Source: Betaproteobacteria bacterium RIFCSPLOWO2_02_FULL_67_26 (GTDB lineage: Bacteria; Pseudomonadota; Gammaproteobacteria; Burkholderiales; SG8-41). From it: a stretch of DNA of 64,000 nucleotides. Under the pieces are notes generated by a model that was given only the letters and a program-made list of their open reading frames with translations, was not told the origin of the DNA and searched no databases. The stretch lies in assembly GCA_001771935.1 (NCBI GenBank), contig MERD01000069.1, forward strand, positions 70,517-134,516, in the 5' to 3' direction. The translations under genes and the position numbers were made by a program. Of the stretch, positions 47,505 through 58,220 are shown piece after piece; positions within the stretch are counted from its first letter, which is position 1; each line of letters starts with the position of its first letter.

Positions 47505-48887
47505 ATGCCGAGACGCCTGTTGCTTGCGTTGTTGCTCATCGTGCCCGTGGCCGCCGCGGCCCAGCTCCCCGATTTCACCGAGCTGGTGGAAAAACAGGGG
47601 CCGGCGGTGGTGAACATCAGCACCACGCAATCGGTGCGCAATCCGCTGCTGCCGCAGATACCCAATCTCCAGGAAGACGACCCGTTCTACGAGTTCTTCC
47701 GGCGCTTCATCCCGCAGCCCGGTCCGCGCGAGTTCCAGTCGCAGTCGCTCGGCTCCGGGTTCATCATCAGCCAGGACGGCTACATCCTGACCAACGCCCA
47801 CGTGGTCGACACCGCCGACGAGATCACGGTGAAGCTGACCGACAAGCGCGAATTCAAGGCCAAGGTCATCGGCGCCGACCGCCGCACCGACATCGCCCTC
47901 ATCAAGATCGACGCATCGGGCCTGCCGGCGGTCCGGTTCGGCGATCCCGGCAAGCTCAGGGTCGGCGAATGGGTGCTGGCGATCGGCTCGCCGTTCGGTT
48001 TCGAGAATACCGTGACGGCGGGCATCGTCAGCGCCAAGGGCCGTTCGCTGCCGCAGGAGAATTACGTACCGTTCATCCAGACCGACGTGGCGGTCAATCC
48101 CGGCAATTCAGGGGGCCCGCTGTTCAACCTGAGAGGCGAGGTGGTCGGCGTCAATTCGCAGATTTACAGCCGGACCGGCGGCTTCATGGGGCTATCGTTC
48201 GCCATCCCGATCGACGTCGCGAACGACATCGCCCAGCAACTGCGCACTACCGGCAGAATCACGCGCGGACGGATCGGCGTCGTGATCCAGCCCGTCTCCA
48301 GGGAGCTCGCGGACGGCTTCGGATTGTCCAGGCCCCAGGGCGCCCTCGTCAACTCGGTGGAGAAGGGCGGGCCGGCGGACAAGGCCGGCATCGAGGCGGG
48401 CGATGTCATCCTGCGCTTCGACGGAAAAGCGGTGAGCGCATCGGAAGACCTGCCGCGCATCGTTGGCGCGACCAGGCCGGGCTCCCGGGTAACCGTCCAG
48501 GTCTGGCGCAACAAGAGCGCGCGCGACGTGCAGCTGGTGGTGGCGGAGATGCAGGATGATCGCAGCGCGCGCCAGAGCCGGAGGGGTGGCAAACCGCCGG
48601 CCGCGTCGCCCGGCCAGTACGGGCTCACGCTGTCCGATCTCAGTGACGCCCAGAAGGGCGAGCTCAAGGTCGCGGGCGGCGTGCTGGTCGAAAACGTGCA
48701 GGGCGCGGCGGCGCGGGCCGGCGTCCGCCGCGGCGACGTGATCCTCGCCGTCAACAACCAGGACGTGAAATCGGTGGAGCAGTTCAACCAGATGATGGGG
48801 CAGTTCGACAAGGGCCGGATCGTCGCGCTGCTCATTCGCCGCGGAGCCAATTCGCTCTATGTGCCGTTCCGCGTCGATGGAAGCTGA
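47505..48887 (+). CDS. degP: Periplasmic serine endoprotease DegP/MucD family
   Basis: ATG at 47505. Signal peptide, catalytic triad segments ILTNAHVV, DIALIKI and GNSGGPLFN, and two PDZ domains. Confidence 0.93.
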   Translation: MPRRLLLALLLIVPVAAAAQLPDFTELVEKQGPAVVNISTTQSVRNPLLPQIPNLQEDDPFYEFFRRFIPQPGPREFQSQSLGSGFIISQDGYILTNAHVVDTADEITVKLTDKREFKAKVIGADRRTDIALIKIDASGLPAVRFGDPGKLRVGEWVLAIGSPFGFENTVTAGIVSAKGRSLPQENYVPFIQTDVAVNPGNSGGPLFNLRGEVVGVNSQIYSRTGGFMGLSFAIPIDVANDIAQQLRTTGRITRGRIGVVIQPVSRELADGFGLSRPQGALVNSVEKGGPADKAGIEAGDVILRFDGKAVSASEDLPRIVGATRPGSRVTVQVWRNKSARDVQLVVAEMQDDRSARQSRRGGKPPAASPGQYGLTLSDLSDAQKGELKVAGGVLVENVQGAAARAGVRRGDVILAVNNQDVKSVEQFNQMMGQFDKGRIVALLIRRGANSLYVPFRVDGS

Positions 48888-49145
48888 GTGGCAACTGACG
48901 CCTGGCCGACGTTGACCGTCTACAGCCGCAATTATTGCCATCTTTGCGAGGAAATGATCGAGGCCCTGCGCCGCTTGCGGGGCCTTTTTCAGTTCGACCT
49001 GGTCATCGTGGACGTCGACAGCGACCCGGAACTGGAGCGGCGGCACGGCGAAAAGGTGCCGGTGCTGATGCACGGCGAGCGGGAACTGTGCCACACCGCG
49101 CTCGATCTGGCCGGCGTTACTGCGTTTCTCTCGAATTTCCGATAA
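48888..49145 (+). CDS. Glutaredoxin-like protein (DUF836-type thioredoxin fold)
   Basis: GTG start directly after the degP stop. 85 aa with CxxC (YSRNYCHLCEEM) and the VPVL motif of a thioredoxin fold. Confidence 0.6.
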   Translation: MATDAWPTLTVYSRNYCHLCEEMIEALRRLRGLFQFDLVIVDVDSDPELERRHGEKVPVLMHGERELCHTALDLAGVTAFLSNFR

Positions 49146-49168
49146 AATGCAATGCTTTAGGTTACGCG

Positions 49169-49192
49169 AAGGGCACTGAAGGGTGCCCTTTT
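49169..49192 (+). terminator. Terminator-like hairpin between the Grx-like gene and lepA
   Basis: 8-bp stem AAGGGCAC (49169-49176) / GTGCCCTT (49183-49190), 6-nt loop, trailing TT. The U-tract is short (TTTT in total, partly within the stem). Confidence 0.4.
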
Positions 49193-49194
49193 CC

Positions 49195-50985
49195 ATGCAG
49201 CACATCCGCAACTTCTCCATCATTGCCCACATCGACCACGGCAAGTCGACGCTCGCCGACCGCTTCATCCAGCTCTGCGGGGGGCTCGCCGAGCGCGAGA
49301 TGGAGGAGCAGGTCCTCGACTCGATGGACCTCGAGCGCGAGCGCGGCATCACCATCAAGGCGCAGACCGCGGCGCTCGAATACCGCGCGCACGACGGGCA
49401 GCAGTACCTGCTCAACCTGATCGACACGCCCGGCCACGTCGATTTTTCCTACGAGGTGTCGCGGTCGCTCGCGGCCTGCGAGGGAGCGCTGCTGGTGGTG
49501 GACGCCTCGCAGGGCGTGGAAGCGCAAACGGTGGCCAACTGCTACACCGCCACGGAGCAGGGCGTGGAAGTGATCCCGGTGCTCAACAAGATGGACCTCC
49601 CGCAAGCCGAGCCGGAGCGCGTGATCAACGAGATCGAGGACATCGTCGGCATCCCGGCCAGGGACGCATTGCGCGTCAGCGCCAAGACCGGGGAAGGCGT
49701 CGCGGACATCCTGGAGGCCGTGATCACGCGCATCCCGCCGCCGTCCGGCGATCCGGTGGGTCCTTTGAAGGCGCTCATCATCGATTCCTGGTTCGACAAC
49801 TACGTCGGCGTGGTCATGCTGGTGCGGGTCGTGGACGGCAGGCTCAAGCCCAAGGACCGCGTCCTGCTGATGTCTTCCGGCGCGGCTTACCTGTGCGAGC
49901 AGGTGGGCGTGTTCACGCCCAAGGCCAAGAACAAGGACGCGCTCTCCGCGGGCGAGGTGGGCTATGTCACAGCCGGCATCAAGGAACTGAAGGCCGCGCA
50001 GGTCGGGGACACCCTGACGCTGGCCCTGCGTCCCGCCGCGGCCCCTTTGCCCGGATTCAAGGAAATCAAGCCGCAGGTGTTTGCGGGGCTCTATCCCGTC
50101 GATTCCAGCGAGTATGAGGCGCTGCGGGACGCGCTCGAGAAACTGCACTTGAATGACTCCTCGCTGCGCTACGAACCCGAGTCCTCGCAGGCGCTCGGCT
50201 TCGGGTTCCGCTGCGGCTTCCTCGGCCTGCTCCATCTCGACATCGTCCAGGAGCGGCTCGAGCGGGAATACGGCATGAACCTGATCACGACCGCGCCCAC
50301 CGTGGTCTACCAGGTGCTCGCCCGCGACGGCACGGTGATCGAGATCGAAAACCCATCCAAGCTCCCGGACCCCAGCAGGATCGCGGAGATCCGCGAGCCC
50401 GTCATCAAGGCCTCGATCCTGGTGCCCCACGATTTCGTCGGACCGGTGCTGACACTGTGCAACCAGAAGCGCGGGGCCCAGCTCAACATGCAGTACCTGG
50501 GACGGACGGTCATGCTGACCTACGAGCTGCCGCTCAACGAAGTCGTGATGGATTTCTTCGACAAGCTGAAGTCGGTGTCGCGCGGCTACGCCTCGCTCGA
50601 CTACGAATTCCTGGAATACCGCGCCGGCGACCTGGTGCGGCTCGACATCCTGATCAACGGCGACCGGGTGGACGCGCTGTCGCTGATCGTGCACCGCGAC
50701 AACGCCCAGCACCGCGGCCGGGACCTCGCGGTCAGGATGCGCGAGCTCATTCCGCGCCAGATGTTCGACGTGGCGGTGCAGGCCGCGATCGGCTCGCATA
50801 TCATCGCGCGCGAAACGGTCAAGGCGATGAGGAAGAACGTGCTCGCGAAGTGCTACGGCGGCGACATCACGCGCAAGAAAAAGCTGCTGGAAAAGCAGAA
50901 AGCCGGCAAGAAGCGCATGAAACAGGTGGGCAGCGTCGAGATCCCGCAAGAGGCGTTTCTCGCCATCCTGCAAGTGGAAAAATGA
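49195..50985 (+). CDS. lepA: Translation elongation factor 4 (LepA)
   Basis: [24 protein letters not shown]1 motif, DTPGHVDF and NKMD. I preferred the ATG at 49195 to the GTG at 49183, which lies inside the upstream hairpin. Confidence 0.96.
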   Translation: MQHIRNFSIIAHIDHGKSTLADRFIQLCGGLAEREMEEQVLDSMDLERERGITIKAQTAALEYRAHDGQQYLLNLIDTPGHVDFSYEVSRSLAACEGALLVVDASQGVEAQTVANCYTATEQGVEVIPVLNKMDLPQAEPERVINEIEDIVGIPARDALRVSAKTGEGVADILEAVITRIPPPSGDPVGPLKALIIDSWFDNYVGVVMLVRVVDGRLKPKDRVLLMSSGAAYLCEQVGVFTPKAKNKDALSAGEVGYVTAGIKELKAAQVGDTLTLALRPAAAPLPGFKEIKPQVFAGLYPVDSSEYEALRDALEKLHLNDSSLRYEPESSQALGFGFRCGFLGLLHLDIVQERLEREYGMNLITTAPTVVYQVLARDGTVIEIENPSKLPDPSRIAEIREPVIKASILVPHDFVGPVLTLCNQKRGAQLNMQYLGRTVMLTYELPLNEVVMDFFDKLKSVSRGYASLDYEFLEYRAGDLVRLDILINGDRVDALSLIVHRDNAQHRGRDLAVRMRELIPRQMFDVAVQAAIGSHIIARETVKAMRKNVLAKCYGGDITRKKKLLEKQKAGKKRMKQVGSVEIPQEAFLAILQVEK

Positions 50986-51782
50986 ACTTCGCGCTGATCC
51001 TGTTCCTGCTGCTGGTTGCGACCGGCGCCGTGTGGCTGCTGGACCACTACTGGCTGCGCCGGCGGCGCGGCGAGCGCCCCGAGCCGTGGTGGGTGGAATA
51101 CCCGAAGAGCTTCTTCCCGGTGATCCTGGTGGTGTTCCTGCTGCGATCGTTCCTGGTCGAGCCGTTCAAGATCCCGTCCGGCTCGATGCTGCCGACGCTG
51201 CTGGTGGGCGATTTCATACTCGTGAACAAGTACACCTACGGCATCCGGCTGCCGGTCATCAACCTCAAGATCGCGAGCGTCAATTCACCGCGCCGCGGCG
51301 AGGTCATGGTGTTCCGCTACCCCGAGAATCCCTCGCTGGATTACATCAAGCGCGTGATCGGGTTGCCGGGCGACCGCGTCAGCTACCGCGGCAAGCGGCT
51401 CTGGATCAACGACCGCGAGATCGGGCTGGCGCCGGACGGCGAGTATAATTACGTGGAATCGGGACTCAATTTCGTGTCGGCACAGCGCCTGGTCGAGACG
51501 CTGGAATCGCACCGGCACGCGATACTGGTGCAACCGGAGGTGCCCAGCGTGCATCTGTCGGGGGTGCGGTTCTTTCCCTTCCGCGACAATTGCGCCTACA
51601 ATGACGCGGGTTTCAGCTGCATGGTTCCGCCCGAGCATTACTTCCTCATGGGGGACAACCGGGACAGCAGCAGCGACAGCCGCTACTGGGGATTCGTGCC
51701 GGAAGCCAACATCGTCGGCAAGGCGTTCATGATCTGGTGGAATTTCGAGAATTTCAAGAGAATCGGACAGTTCATCAACTGA
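50982..51782 (+). CDS. lepB: Signal peptidase I
   Basis: The ATG overlaps the lepA stop (ATGA). PSGSMLPTL (Ser box), [11 protein letters not shown] and [16 protein letters not shown]. Confidence 0.95.
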   Translation: MNFALILFLLLVATGAVWLLDHYWLRRRRGERPEPWWVEYPKSFFPVILVVFLLRSFLVEPFKIPSGSMLPTLLVGDFILVNKYTYGIRLPVINLKIASVNSPRRGEVMVFRYPENPSLDYIKRVIGLPGDRVSYRGKRLWINDREIGLAPDGEYNYVESGLNFVSAQRLVETLESHRHAILVQPEVPSVHLSGVRFFPFRDNCAYNDAGFSCMVPPEHYFLMGDNRDSSSDSRYWGFVPEANIVGKAFMIWWNFENFKRIGQFIN

Positions 51783-51794
51783 GAAAGGTGAATC

Positions 51795-52151
51795 ATGCAC
51801 AGGCAAAGAGGCGTGACCTTGTCCGGCTTCCTGATGGTCGCGGTGGTGCTGATATTCGTCGCTCTGCTGGGCTTCCGGATCGGGCCGCCCTATGTCGAGT
51901 ACCTCACGATCAAGAAGCAGTTCCAGGCGATCGCCAGCGATCCGGCCGCGCGCAGCGGCCAGCGGCGCGACGTGGAGGACGCCTTCTCGAAGCGGGCAAT
52001 GATCGAGGACATGCCGTCCATCACCTACAAGGACCTGGTGATCGCCAAGGAGGGTGACGGCATCGTGCTCAGCGCCGAATATACGGTGTGCCGGCCCGTC
52101 GTCGCCAATATCCGGGCGTGCATGGACTTCTCCCCGACCTCCAGGCGCTAG
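51795..52151 (+). CDS. DUF4845-type small membrane-anchored protein
   Basis: 118 aa with an N-terminal TM helix (LSGFLMVAVVLIFVALLGF). It occupies the lepB-rnc slot that, as I recall, holds this family in beta-proteobacteria. Confidence 0.7.
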   Translation: MHRQRGVTLSGFLMVAVVLIFVALLGFRIGPPYVEYLTIKKQFQAIASDPAARSGQRRDVEDAFSKRAMIEDMPSITYKDLVIAKEGDGIVLSAEYTVCRPVVANIRACMDFSPTSRR

Positions 52152-52178
52152 CGATACGGCCCGGTATCCTGCCGCCTG

Positions 52179-52850
52179 ATGGACCTCGAGGGCTTTTATC
52201 TAACCATCGGCTATCGCTTTACCGACCCCGAACTGCTGCGCCGGGCCCTTACGCACCGCAGTTTCGGCGCCCCCCACAACGAGCGTCTCGAATTCCTCGG
52301 CGACAGCGTGGTGAACTGCGTCGTCGCGCTCGAACTCTACGAAAAATTCCCGCGGCTCACCGAAGGCGAGCTGTCGCGGCTGCGCGCCAACATCGTCCAC
52401 CAGCCCTCGCTCGCGAGCGCGGCGCGGCGCTTCGCTTTCGGCGAGCACTTGCGCCTCGGCGAGGGCGAACTGAAGAGCGGCGGCGCGCGCCGGCCTTCGA
52501 TACTGGCCGACTCGGTCGAGGCCGTGATCGGGGCCGCATTTCTCGACGGCGGCTTCGAGCCGGCGCGCCAGGTCGTGCGCACGCTGCTGGGCGATGTGCT
52601 CGACACCATAGATCCGGCCACGTCCGGCAAGGATCCCAAGACGCTGCTTCAGGAATACCTGCAGGCGCGCAAGCTTGCCCTGCCGCACTACGCCGTGGTC
52701 GCCACCCGCGGCGAGGCGCACGATCAGCAGTTCCAGGTCGAATGCGCCATCCCCGGACTGGGCATACGGTCGCTGGGGGAGGGCGCCAGCCGGCGCGGTG
52801 CCGAGCAGGAAGCCGCGCGCCAGGCGTATGAGCTTGCAACCCGTGCCTGA
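52179..52850 (+). CDS. rnc: Ribonuclease III
   Basis: RNase III signature NERLEFLGDSV plus a C-terminal dsRBD (KDPKTLLQEYLQARKLALPHY). Confidence 0.96.
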   Translation: MDLEGFYLTIGYRFTDPELLRRALTHRSFGAPHNERLEFLGDSVVNCVVALELYEKFPRLTEGELSRLRANIVHQPSLASAARRFAFGEHLRLGEGELKSGGARRPSILADSVEAVIGAAFLDGGFEPARQVVRTLLGDVLDTIDPATSGKDPKTLLQEYLQARKLALPHYAVVATRGEAHDQQFQVECAIPGLGIRSLGEGASRRGAEQEAARQAYELATRA

Positions 52851-53742
52851 GGCGCCACTCGCGCACCGCGCCGGAACCGTCGCGATCGTCGGGCGCCCGA
52901 ACGTCGGCAAGTCGACGCTGCTCAACCGCCTGGTCGGCTGCAAACTCAGCATCACCTCGAGCAAGCCCCAGACCACACGCCGGCGGCTTACCGGCATCGT
53001 GACACGCGACGATGCGCAAATCGTGTTTGTCGACACGCCGGGTTACCAGACCGAGCACAGGACTTCGTTGAACCTGGCCATGAACCGCAGCGTCGCGGCC
53101 AGCCTGCAGGAAACGCACGCCATCGTGTGGGTGGTGGAAGCATTGAAATGCGGCGTACGGGACGAGGCAGTGGCCAGGCTGTTGCCGCACGGCGTGCCGG
53201 TGGTGCTGGCCATCAACAAGACCGATACCGTGCAGGGAAAGGACCGGCTCCTGCCCTTTATCGACGAGCTTTCCCGGCGGCACGCGTTTGCAGCCATCGT
53301 CCCGGTATCCGCCGCAAAGGGCTCGCAGATCGCGGCGCTCCTGGACGAGGTCGTGGCGCTGCTGCCCGAGGGGCCGCCGCTTCACGATGCGGACGCGCTG
53401 ACGACCGTCAGCGAGCGCGACCTGGCGGCGGAGCTGTTGCGCGAGCAGCTGTTCCGGCTGCTCGGCGACGAGCTGCCGTATTCCACCACTGTCGAGATCG
53501 AGCGCTTCCGGCAGGACGGCCGCGTGCGCCGCATCCACGCCGCGATCCTGGTGGACAAGGAGGGGCAGAAACCGATCGTGATCGGCAAGCAGGGAGCCAA
53601 GCTGAAGACCATCGCGTCGCGGGCGCGGCAGGACATGGAGCGGCTGTTCGGCGGCAGCGTGTACCTGGAAGTCTGGGTCAAGGTCAGGCGCGGCTGGGCG
53701 GACAGCGATGCGTCGCTCAAGCGGCTCGGATACGACGCTTGA
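52828..53742 (+). CDS. era: GTPase Era
   Basis: ATG at 52828. G1 motif [14 protein letters not shown], then DTPG and NKTD, plus a C-terminal KH domain. Overlaps rnc by 23 nt. Confidence 0.96.
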   Translation: MSLQPVPEAPLAHRAGTVAIVGRPNVGKSTLLNRLVGCKLSITSSKPQTTRRRLTGIVTRDDAQIVFVDTPGYQTEHRTSLNLAMNRSVAASLQETHAIVWVVEALKCGVRDEAVARLLPHGVPVVLAINKTDTVQGKDRLLPFIDELSRRHAFAAIVPVSAAKGSQIAALLDEVVALLPEGPPLHDADALTTVSERDLAAELLREQLFRLLGDELPYSTTVEIERFRQDGRVRRIHAAILVDKEGQKPIVIGKQGAKLKTIASRARQDMERLFGGSVYLEVWVKVRRGWADSDASLKRLGYDA

Positions 53743-53745
53743 ACC

Positions 53746-54450
53746 ATGAATTCGGCGCCGGCGTTCGTCCTGCATACCTACCCGTTTCGGGAGACCAGTC
53801 TCATCATCGAGGCGTTTTCCCGCGACCACGGGCGGGTGGCGCTGGTGGCGCGGGGCGCGCGGCGCCCCAGGTCGGCCCTGCGCGGGGCGCTACTTCCGTT
53901 CCAGCCCCTGCTGCTGTCGTGGAGCGGCAAGCGGGAGCTGCGCACGCTCACCCGCGCGGAATGGCAGGGCAACCCTGCCGCGCTCAAGGGCCAGGCGCTG
54001 ATCTGCGGCTTCTATCTCAACGAACTGCTGCTGAAGCTCACGCCGCGCGACGACCCTCACGAACACCTGTTTTCCGTCTACGAGGGCACGCTCGCCGCGC
54101 TAGCGGGCGGCGTGGATCAGGCCGCGGTATTGCGGCGGTTCGAGATGGACTTGCTGCGCGAGCTGGGCTACGCCGTGATACTGGACCGGGACGTCGGCTG
54201 CGATCAGCCGGTCGCGCGCGAGCATCGCTACGTCTACGTCGTCGAGCGCGGGCCGGTCAGCGCCGGCGTGGCGCCGGGAAACGGCGTAGAATTGTCGGGC
54301 CAGACGCTGATCGACATGCAGTCCGGCATTTTCACGAATCCCGCGACGCAGCAGCAGAGCAAGGCGCTGATGCGCACGCTCATCAATCACTACCTCGGCA
54401 GCCAGGTCTTGCACACCCGGCAGTTGCTGCGCGATCTCCAGGATCTATGA
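53746..54450 (+). CDS. recO: DNA repair protein RecO
   Basis: 234 aa. [34 protein letters not shown] is a typical RecO OB-fold N-terminus. Located at the conserved era-recO-pdxJ position. Confidence 0.9.
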   Translation: MNSAPAFVLHTYPFRETSLIIEAFSRDHGRVALVARGARRPRSALRGALLPFQPLLLSWSGKRELRTLTRAEWQGNPAALKGQALICGFYLNELLLKLTPRDDPHEHLFSVYEGTLAALAGGVDQAAVLRRFEMDLLRELGYAVILDRDVGCDQPVAREHRYVYVVERGPVSAGVAPGNGVELSGQTLIDMQSGIFTNPATQQQSKALMRTLINHYLGSQVLHTRQLLRDLQDL

Positions 54451-55169
54451 TCCTGCTCGGCGTCAACATCGACCACGTCGCGACCCTGCGCCAGGCGCGC
54501 GGAACGGACTATCCGGACCCGGTGGGGGCGGCCCTTGAGGCGGAGGACGCGGGCGCGGACTACATCACGCTGCACCTGCGCGAAGACCGCCGCCACATCC
54601 AGGCCCATGACGTCGTCAGTCTGCGCCGGCGCCTGCGGACACGCATGAACCTGGAAGCGGCGGTAACCCCCGAGATGATCCGTTTTGCCCGGCGCGTGCG
54701 CCCGCAGGACGTCTGCCTGGTGCCGGAGCGACGCGCCGAGCTTACGACCGAGGGCGGGCTCGACGTGGCGCGCGAATTTGCGCGCGTTGCGAAAGCCTGC
54801 CGCGCCCTCGGCGCCAGCGGCATTCGCGTCTCGCTCTTCATCGACGCGAACCGCAGGCAGATCGATGCCGCCGCGAGCGCCGGTGCGCCGGTCGTCGAGC
54901 TGCATACCGGCGCCTATGCGGACGCCCGTGGTCCCGTCCGAAGGCGGAAAGCGCTCGACCGCATCCGCGACGCGGCCGAGTACGCCACCGGGAAAGGCCT
55001 GCACGTGAACGCCGGCCACGGTCTCAACTACCGGAACGTCAAGCCGATCGCGGCGGTCGCGACGATACGCGAGCTGAACATCGGGCACGCCATCGTCGCG
55101 AGATCGGTATTCGTGGGCATGGCACGGGCCGTGCGCGAGATGAAGGCGCTGATCCGCTCCGCGCGATGA
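54447..55169 (+). CDS. pdxJ: Pyridoxine 5'-phosphate synthase
   Basis: The ATG overlaps the recO stop (ATGA). [38 protein letters not shown] and VELHTG. Confidence 0.95.
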   Translation: MILLGVNIDHVATLRQARGTDYPDPVGAALEAEDAGADYITLHLREDRRHIQAHDVVSLRRRLRTRMNLEAAVTPEMIRFARRVRPQDVCLVPERRAELTTEGGLDVAREFARVAKACRALGASGIRVSLFIDANRRQIDAAASAGAPVVELHTGAYADARGPVRRRKALDRIRDAAEYATGKGLHVNAGHGLNYRNVKPIAAVATIRELNIGHAIVARSVFVGMARAVREMKALIRSAR

Positions 55170-55549
55170 TCTACGGCATCGGCATCGACGTCGTGGAACC
55201 GCACCGCATCGCGCGGCTGGCGGGAAAGTACGGCGAGCGTTTCGCGCGGCGCGTCCTGACGCCGCTCGAATGGCCGGCCTATCTCCGGACGAAACGGCCG
55301 GTATTGTTCCTCGCCAACCGCTTCGCCGCGAAAGAGGCCTTCTCCAAGGCCATCGGCACCGGCTTCCGTTACCCCGTGACCCTGCAATGCATCAGCGTCG
55401 TCCAGAACGCCGCCGGGAAACCGGGTTTCGCGTTTCATCCCCTGCTCGACGAGCTGGTGCGGAGCCGCGGCATCGTCGGCCATCACCTGACCATCAGCGA
55501 CGAGCAGAGCCTGGCTTGCGCGTGCGTGGTGCTGGAGGCGGCGTCATGA
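55166..55549 (+). CDS. acpS: Holo-[acyl-carrier-protein] synthase
   Basis: [15 protein letters not shown]... and [10 protein letters not shown] motifs. 127 aa. The ATG overlaps the pdxJ stop. Confidence 0.93.
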   Translation: MIYGIGIDVVEPHRIARLAGKYGERFARRVLTPLEWPAYLRTKRPVLFLANRFAAKEAFSKAIGTGFRYPVTLQCISVVQNAAGKPGFAFHPLLDELVRSRGIVGHHLTISDEQSLACACVVLEAAS

Positions 55550-55592
55550 ACGCGGCGAAGGCCAGGCCTGCCCGGCGCGGCGGGGAGGGGCC

Positions 55593-56660
55593 GTGACACC
55601 GGGGAACCTGCCGCTCGGCCCGCTCATGCTCGACATCGCCGGCACGGAACTGGCGGCGGACGACCGGCGGCGCCTCGCGCACCCATTGACGGGAGGCGTT
55701 ATCCTGTTCGCCCGGAATTACTCCAGCCCCGAGCAGCTCGTGCGGCTGACCGCGGAGATCCACGCGCTGCGCCACCCCCCGCTCATCATTGCCGTGGATC
55801 AGGAAGGGGGAAGGGTGCAGCGCTTTCGCGAAGGTTTCACGGCGATTCCCCCGATGCGGGAGCTGGGCCGGGCCTGGGATGTCGGACCGCAGCACGGGCG
55901 ACAGCTCGCCAGCGAAACGGGATTCGTGCTGGCATCCGAGCTGCAGGCTCACGGGGTGGACCTGTCCCTGGCGCCGGTGCTGGACATCGATCACGGCGCC
56001 AGCAGCATCATCGGCGACCGCGCGTTCCACTCCGATCCACGGGCGGTCGCCGAACTTGCGCGCGCCCTGGTGCAGGGCTTCAAGATGGCGGGAATGAGCA
56101 GTGTCGGCAAGCATTTTCCGGGGCATGGGTACGTGCGCGGCGACTCCCATCTCGAAGTCCCCGTCGACGAGCGCGCCTACGAGCAGATAGACACGGCCGA
56201 CCTGGCGCCATTCCGGCGCCTGATCGATTCCGGCCTGGGCGGCGTCATGCCCGCGCACGTGATCTACCCCAAAGTGGACGACCGGCCGGCGGGATTTTCG
56301 CCGGTGTGGCTCAAGCAAGTGCTGCGCGGGCGGCTCGGATTCGGCGGCGTGATATTCAGCGATGACCTCAGCATGGAAGGCGCGAGCGTCGCAGGCGGTG
56401 TGGTCGAGCGCGCCGAGGCGGCGTTCGCGGCAGGCTGCGATATGGCGCTGGTCTGCAACAACCCCGCATCGGTTGATGAGCTGCTCGGCAAGCTGACCTT
56501 CGCGGCGCCGGCGGTGAGCCTGGCGCGCCTCGCGCGCATGCATGGCAGGCCGCGCGCCGGCAGCATGGTGAAGCTGCGGGAGGACGCCCGGTATTCGCGC
56601 GCCCTGCGCACGATAGCGGGCATCGGGCAGCGGGACGGCGAATTGCCGCTCAATTCATGA
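55593..56660 (+). CDS. nagZ: Beta-N-acetylhexosaminidase NagZ
   Basis: GTG start after GGGGAGGGG. GH3 motifs IAVDQEGGRVQRF and KHFPGHG. Confidence 0.9.
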   Translation: MTPGNLPLGPLMLDIAGTELAADDRRRLAHPLTGGVILFARNYSSPEQLVRLTAEIHALRHPPLIIAVDQEGGRVQRFREGFTAIPPMRELGRAWDVGPQHGRQLASETGFVLASELQAHGVDLSLAPVLDIDHGASSIIGDRAFHSDPRAVAELARALVQGFKMAGMSSVGKHFPGHGYVRGDSHLEVPVDERAYEQIDTADLAPFRRLIDSGLGGVMPAHVIYPKVDDRPAGFSPVWLKQVLRGRLGFGGVIFSDDLSMEGASVAGGVVERAEAAFAAGCDMALVCNNPASVDELLGKLTFAAPAVSLARLARMHGRPRAGSMVKLREDARYSRALRTIAGIGQRDGELPLNS

Positions 56661-57589
56661 CCGCCCACAGCCACTCGCCGCGCAGGCCGGGCAGAACCGC
56701 GTTCATGACCGCGCTTGCGGTCACCGCCGGCTATGCCCTGGTGGAGCTGGCAGGCGGGCTCTGGACCGGATCGCTCGCTCTGGTGGGTGACTCCGGGCAT
56801 ATGTTCTCCGATGCGCTGGCCCTGGGGCTGGCCGCGCTCGCCGCGTATCTTGCGCGGAAGCCGGTCAGCCATCGGCACAGCTACGGCTGGGCGCGGGCGG
56901 AAGTGATCGGGGCGCTCGCCAACAGCGTGCTCATGCTGGCGGTCGTCCTCGTGCTGGTCGTCGAAGCGGTCCTCCGCCTGCACGAACCGAAGCCGGTCGC
57001 CGCGGCCGGGATGCTAGCCATCGCCTTCATCGGCCTGCTGATCAACGCCGTGGTGGCCTGGATCCTGAGCCGCGGCGAGCGCACGTTGAACGCGCGCGCT
57101 GCGCTATTGCACGTCATGGGCGATCTGGTGAGTTCCTTCGCCGCCCTCGTTGCGGGGGCCGTCATCTACGCGACCGGATGGCTGCCCATCGATCCCATAC
57201 TTACGCTCGTGATCGCGGCCCTGATCCTGGCGAGCACCCTGAGGATCCTGCGGGACACCCTGCACGTGCTGATGGAGGGCGTACCGCCCGCCATCGAGCT
57301 GGGTGCCATCGGGAAGGCGCTGGCCGCCGTGCCAGGGGTCGCGGCCGTACACGATCTCCACGTCTGGAGCATCACGCCCGGGCAGGTTGCGCTGTCGGCG
57401 CATATCGAGCTGGACGACCTGCAGCAATGGCCCGCGATCCTGTCCGCGGCAAGCGTGCTGCTGCACGATCGCTACGGCATAGGGCACGTCACCCTGCAGC
57501 CCGAGGTCCGCGACGCCGCCGGCGCCCGCCGCAGCGCCGTCATCCGGCTATGGCCGGGAAAATCCGGCCCACGGTCCCCGACGTCCTGA
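56657..57589 (+). CDS. Cation diffusion facilitator family divalent-metal efflux transporter (CzcD/ZitB-like)
   Basis: Six TM helices. Metal-site motifs SLALVGDSGHMFSD and LLHVMGDLVSS, plus a C-terminal cytoplasmic domain (VHDLHVWSI). The ATG overlaps the nagZ stop. Confidence 0.9.
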   Translation: MTAHSHSPRRPGRTAFMTALAVTAGYALVELAGGLWTGSLALVGDSGHMFSDALALGLAALAAYLARKPVSHRHSYGWARAEVIGALANSVLMLAVVLVLVVEAVLRLHEPKPVAAAGMLAIAFIGLLINAVVAWILSRGERTLNARAALLHVMGDLVSSFAALVAGAVIYATGWLPIDPILTLVIAALILASTLRILRDTLHVLMEGVPPAIELGAIGKALAAVPGVAAVHDLHVWSITPGQVALSAHIELDDLQQWPAILSAASVLLHDRYGIGHVTLQPEVRDAAGARRSAVIRLWPGKSGPRSPTS

Positions 57590-57613
57590 ATGCAATGTGG
57601 AGACGACCGGACC

Positions 57614-58180
57614 CTATGCGCGCTCGATGTACTCGCCGGTATCCGTGTTGACCTTGATGCGCGCGCCGTCCACCACGAACTGCGGCACCATGACGGTGAG
57701 CCCGGTGTCGGTCTTCGCCGGCTTGAACGAGCCGGTCGCGGTGCCGCCCCTGACGTTGGGCTCCGTTTCCACCACCGTGAGGATCACGGTAGGCGGCAAC
57801 TGCACGCCGATCGGGCGGTCGTTGTGAAAATTGACCTGTACGTCGGTGCTGGGCATCAGGTAGCCCGCCTGCCCCTCGAGAAACTCCGGGGCCAGGGTGA
57901 GCTGCTCGAACGATTCCTTGTCCATGAAGATGTAGCCGCTGCCGTCGCTGTAGAGGTATTGCATCTCGCGCTGCTCGACGTGGGCCCGCTCGATCTTGTC
58001 CTCGGTCCGGATGCGCTCGTTGCGCTTGGTGCCGGATTCGATGTCCTTCATCTCGACCTGCATGAAGGCGCCGCCGCGGCCCCCGACGTGGACATGATGC
58101 GACTTGAGTACCCGCCAGACGCGCTTGTCCCACTCGATCAGGTTGCCCGCGCGGACTTCGGTTGCCAGAACTTTGGCCAT
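57614..58180 (-). CDS. efp: Translation elongation factor P (Arg-tipped loop variant)
   Basis: 188 aa. Three-domain EF-P pattern (…VRAGNLIEWDKRVWRVL…, …YLYSDGSGYIFMDKESFEQ…, …PTVILTVVETEPNVRGGTATGSFKPA…). The loop reads HVGGRGGAF. Confidence 0.9.
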   Translation of the reverse strand: MAKVLATEVRAGNLIEWDKRVWRVLKSHHVHVGGRGGAFMQVEMKDIESGTKRNERIRTEDKIERAHVEQREMQYLYSDGSGYIFMDKESFEQLTLAPEFLEGQAGYLMPSTDVQVNFHNDRPIGVQLPPTVILTVVETEPNVRGGTATGSFKPAKTDTGLTVMVPQFVVDGARIKVNTDTGEYIERA

Positions 58181-58220
58181 GTCGCCACCCTGCCTGAAAA
58201 AAGGGCGTAATTCTACACCA

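Noticed and set aside
57552-57569. An inverted repeat GGCCGG-N6-CCGGCC near the czcD-like 3' end, considered as a bidirectional terminator for the convergent CDF/efp pair.
   Set aside because: It lies inside the CDF coding sequence and has no U-tract on either strand.
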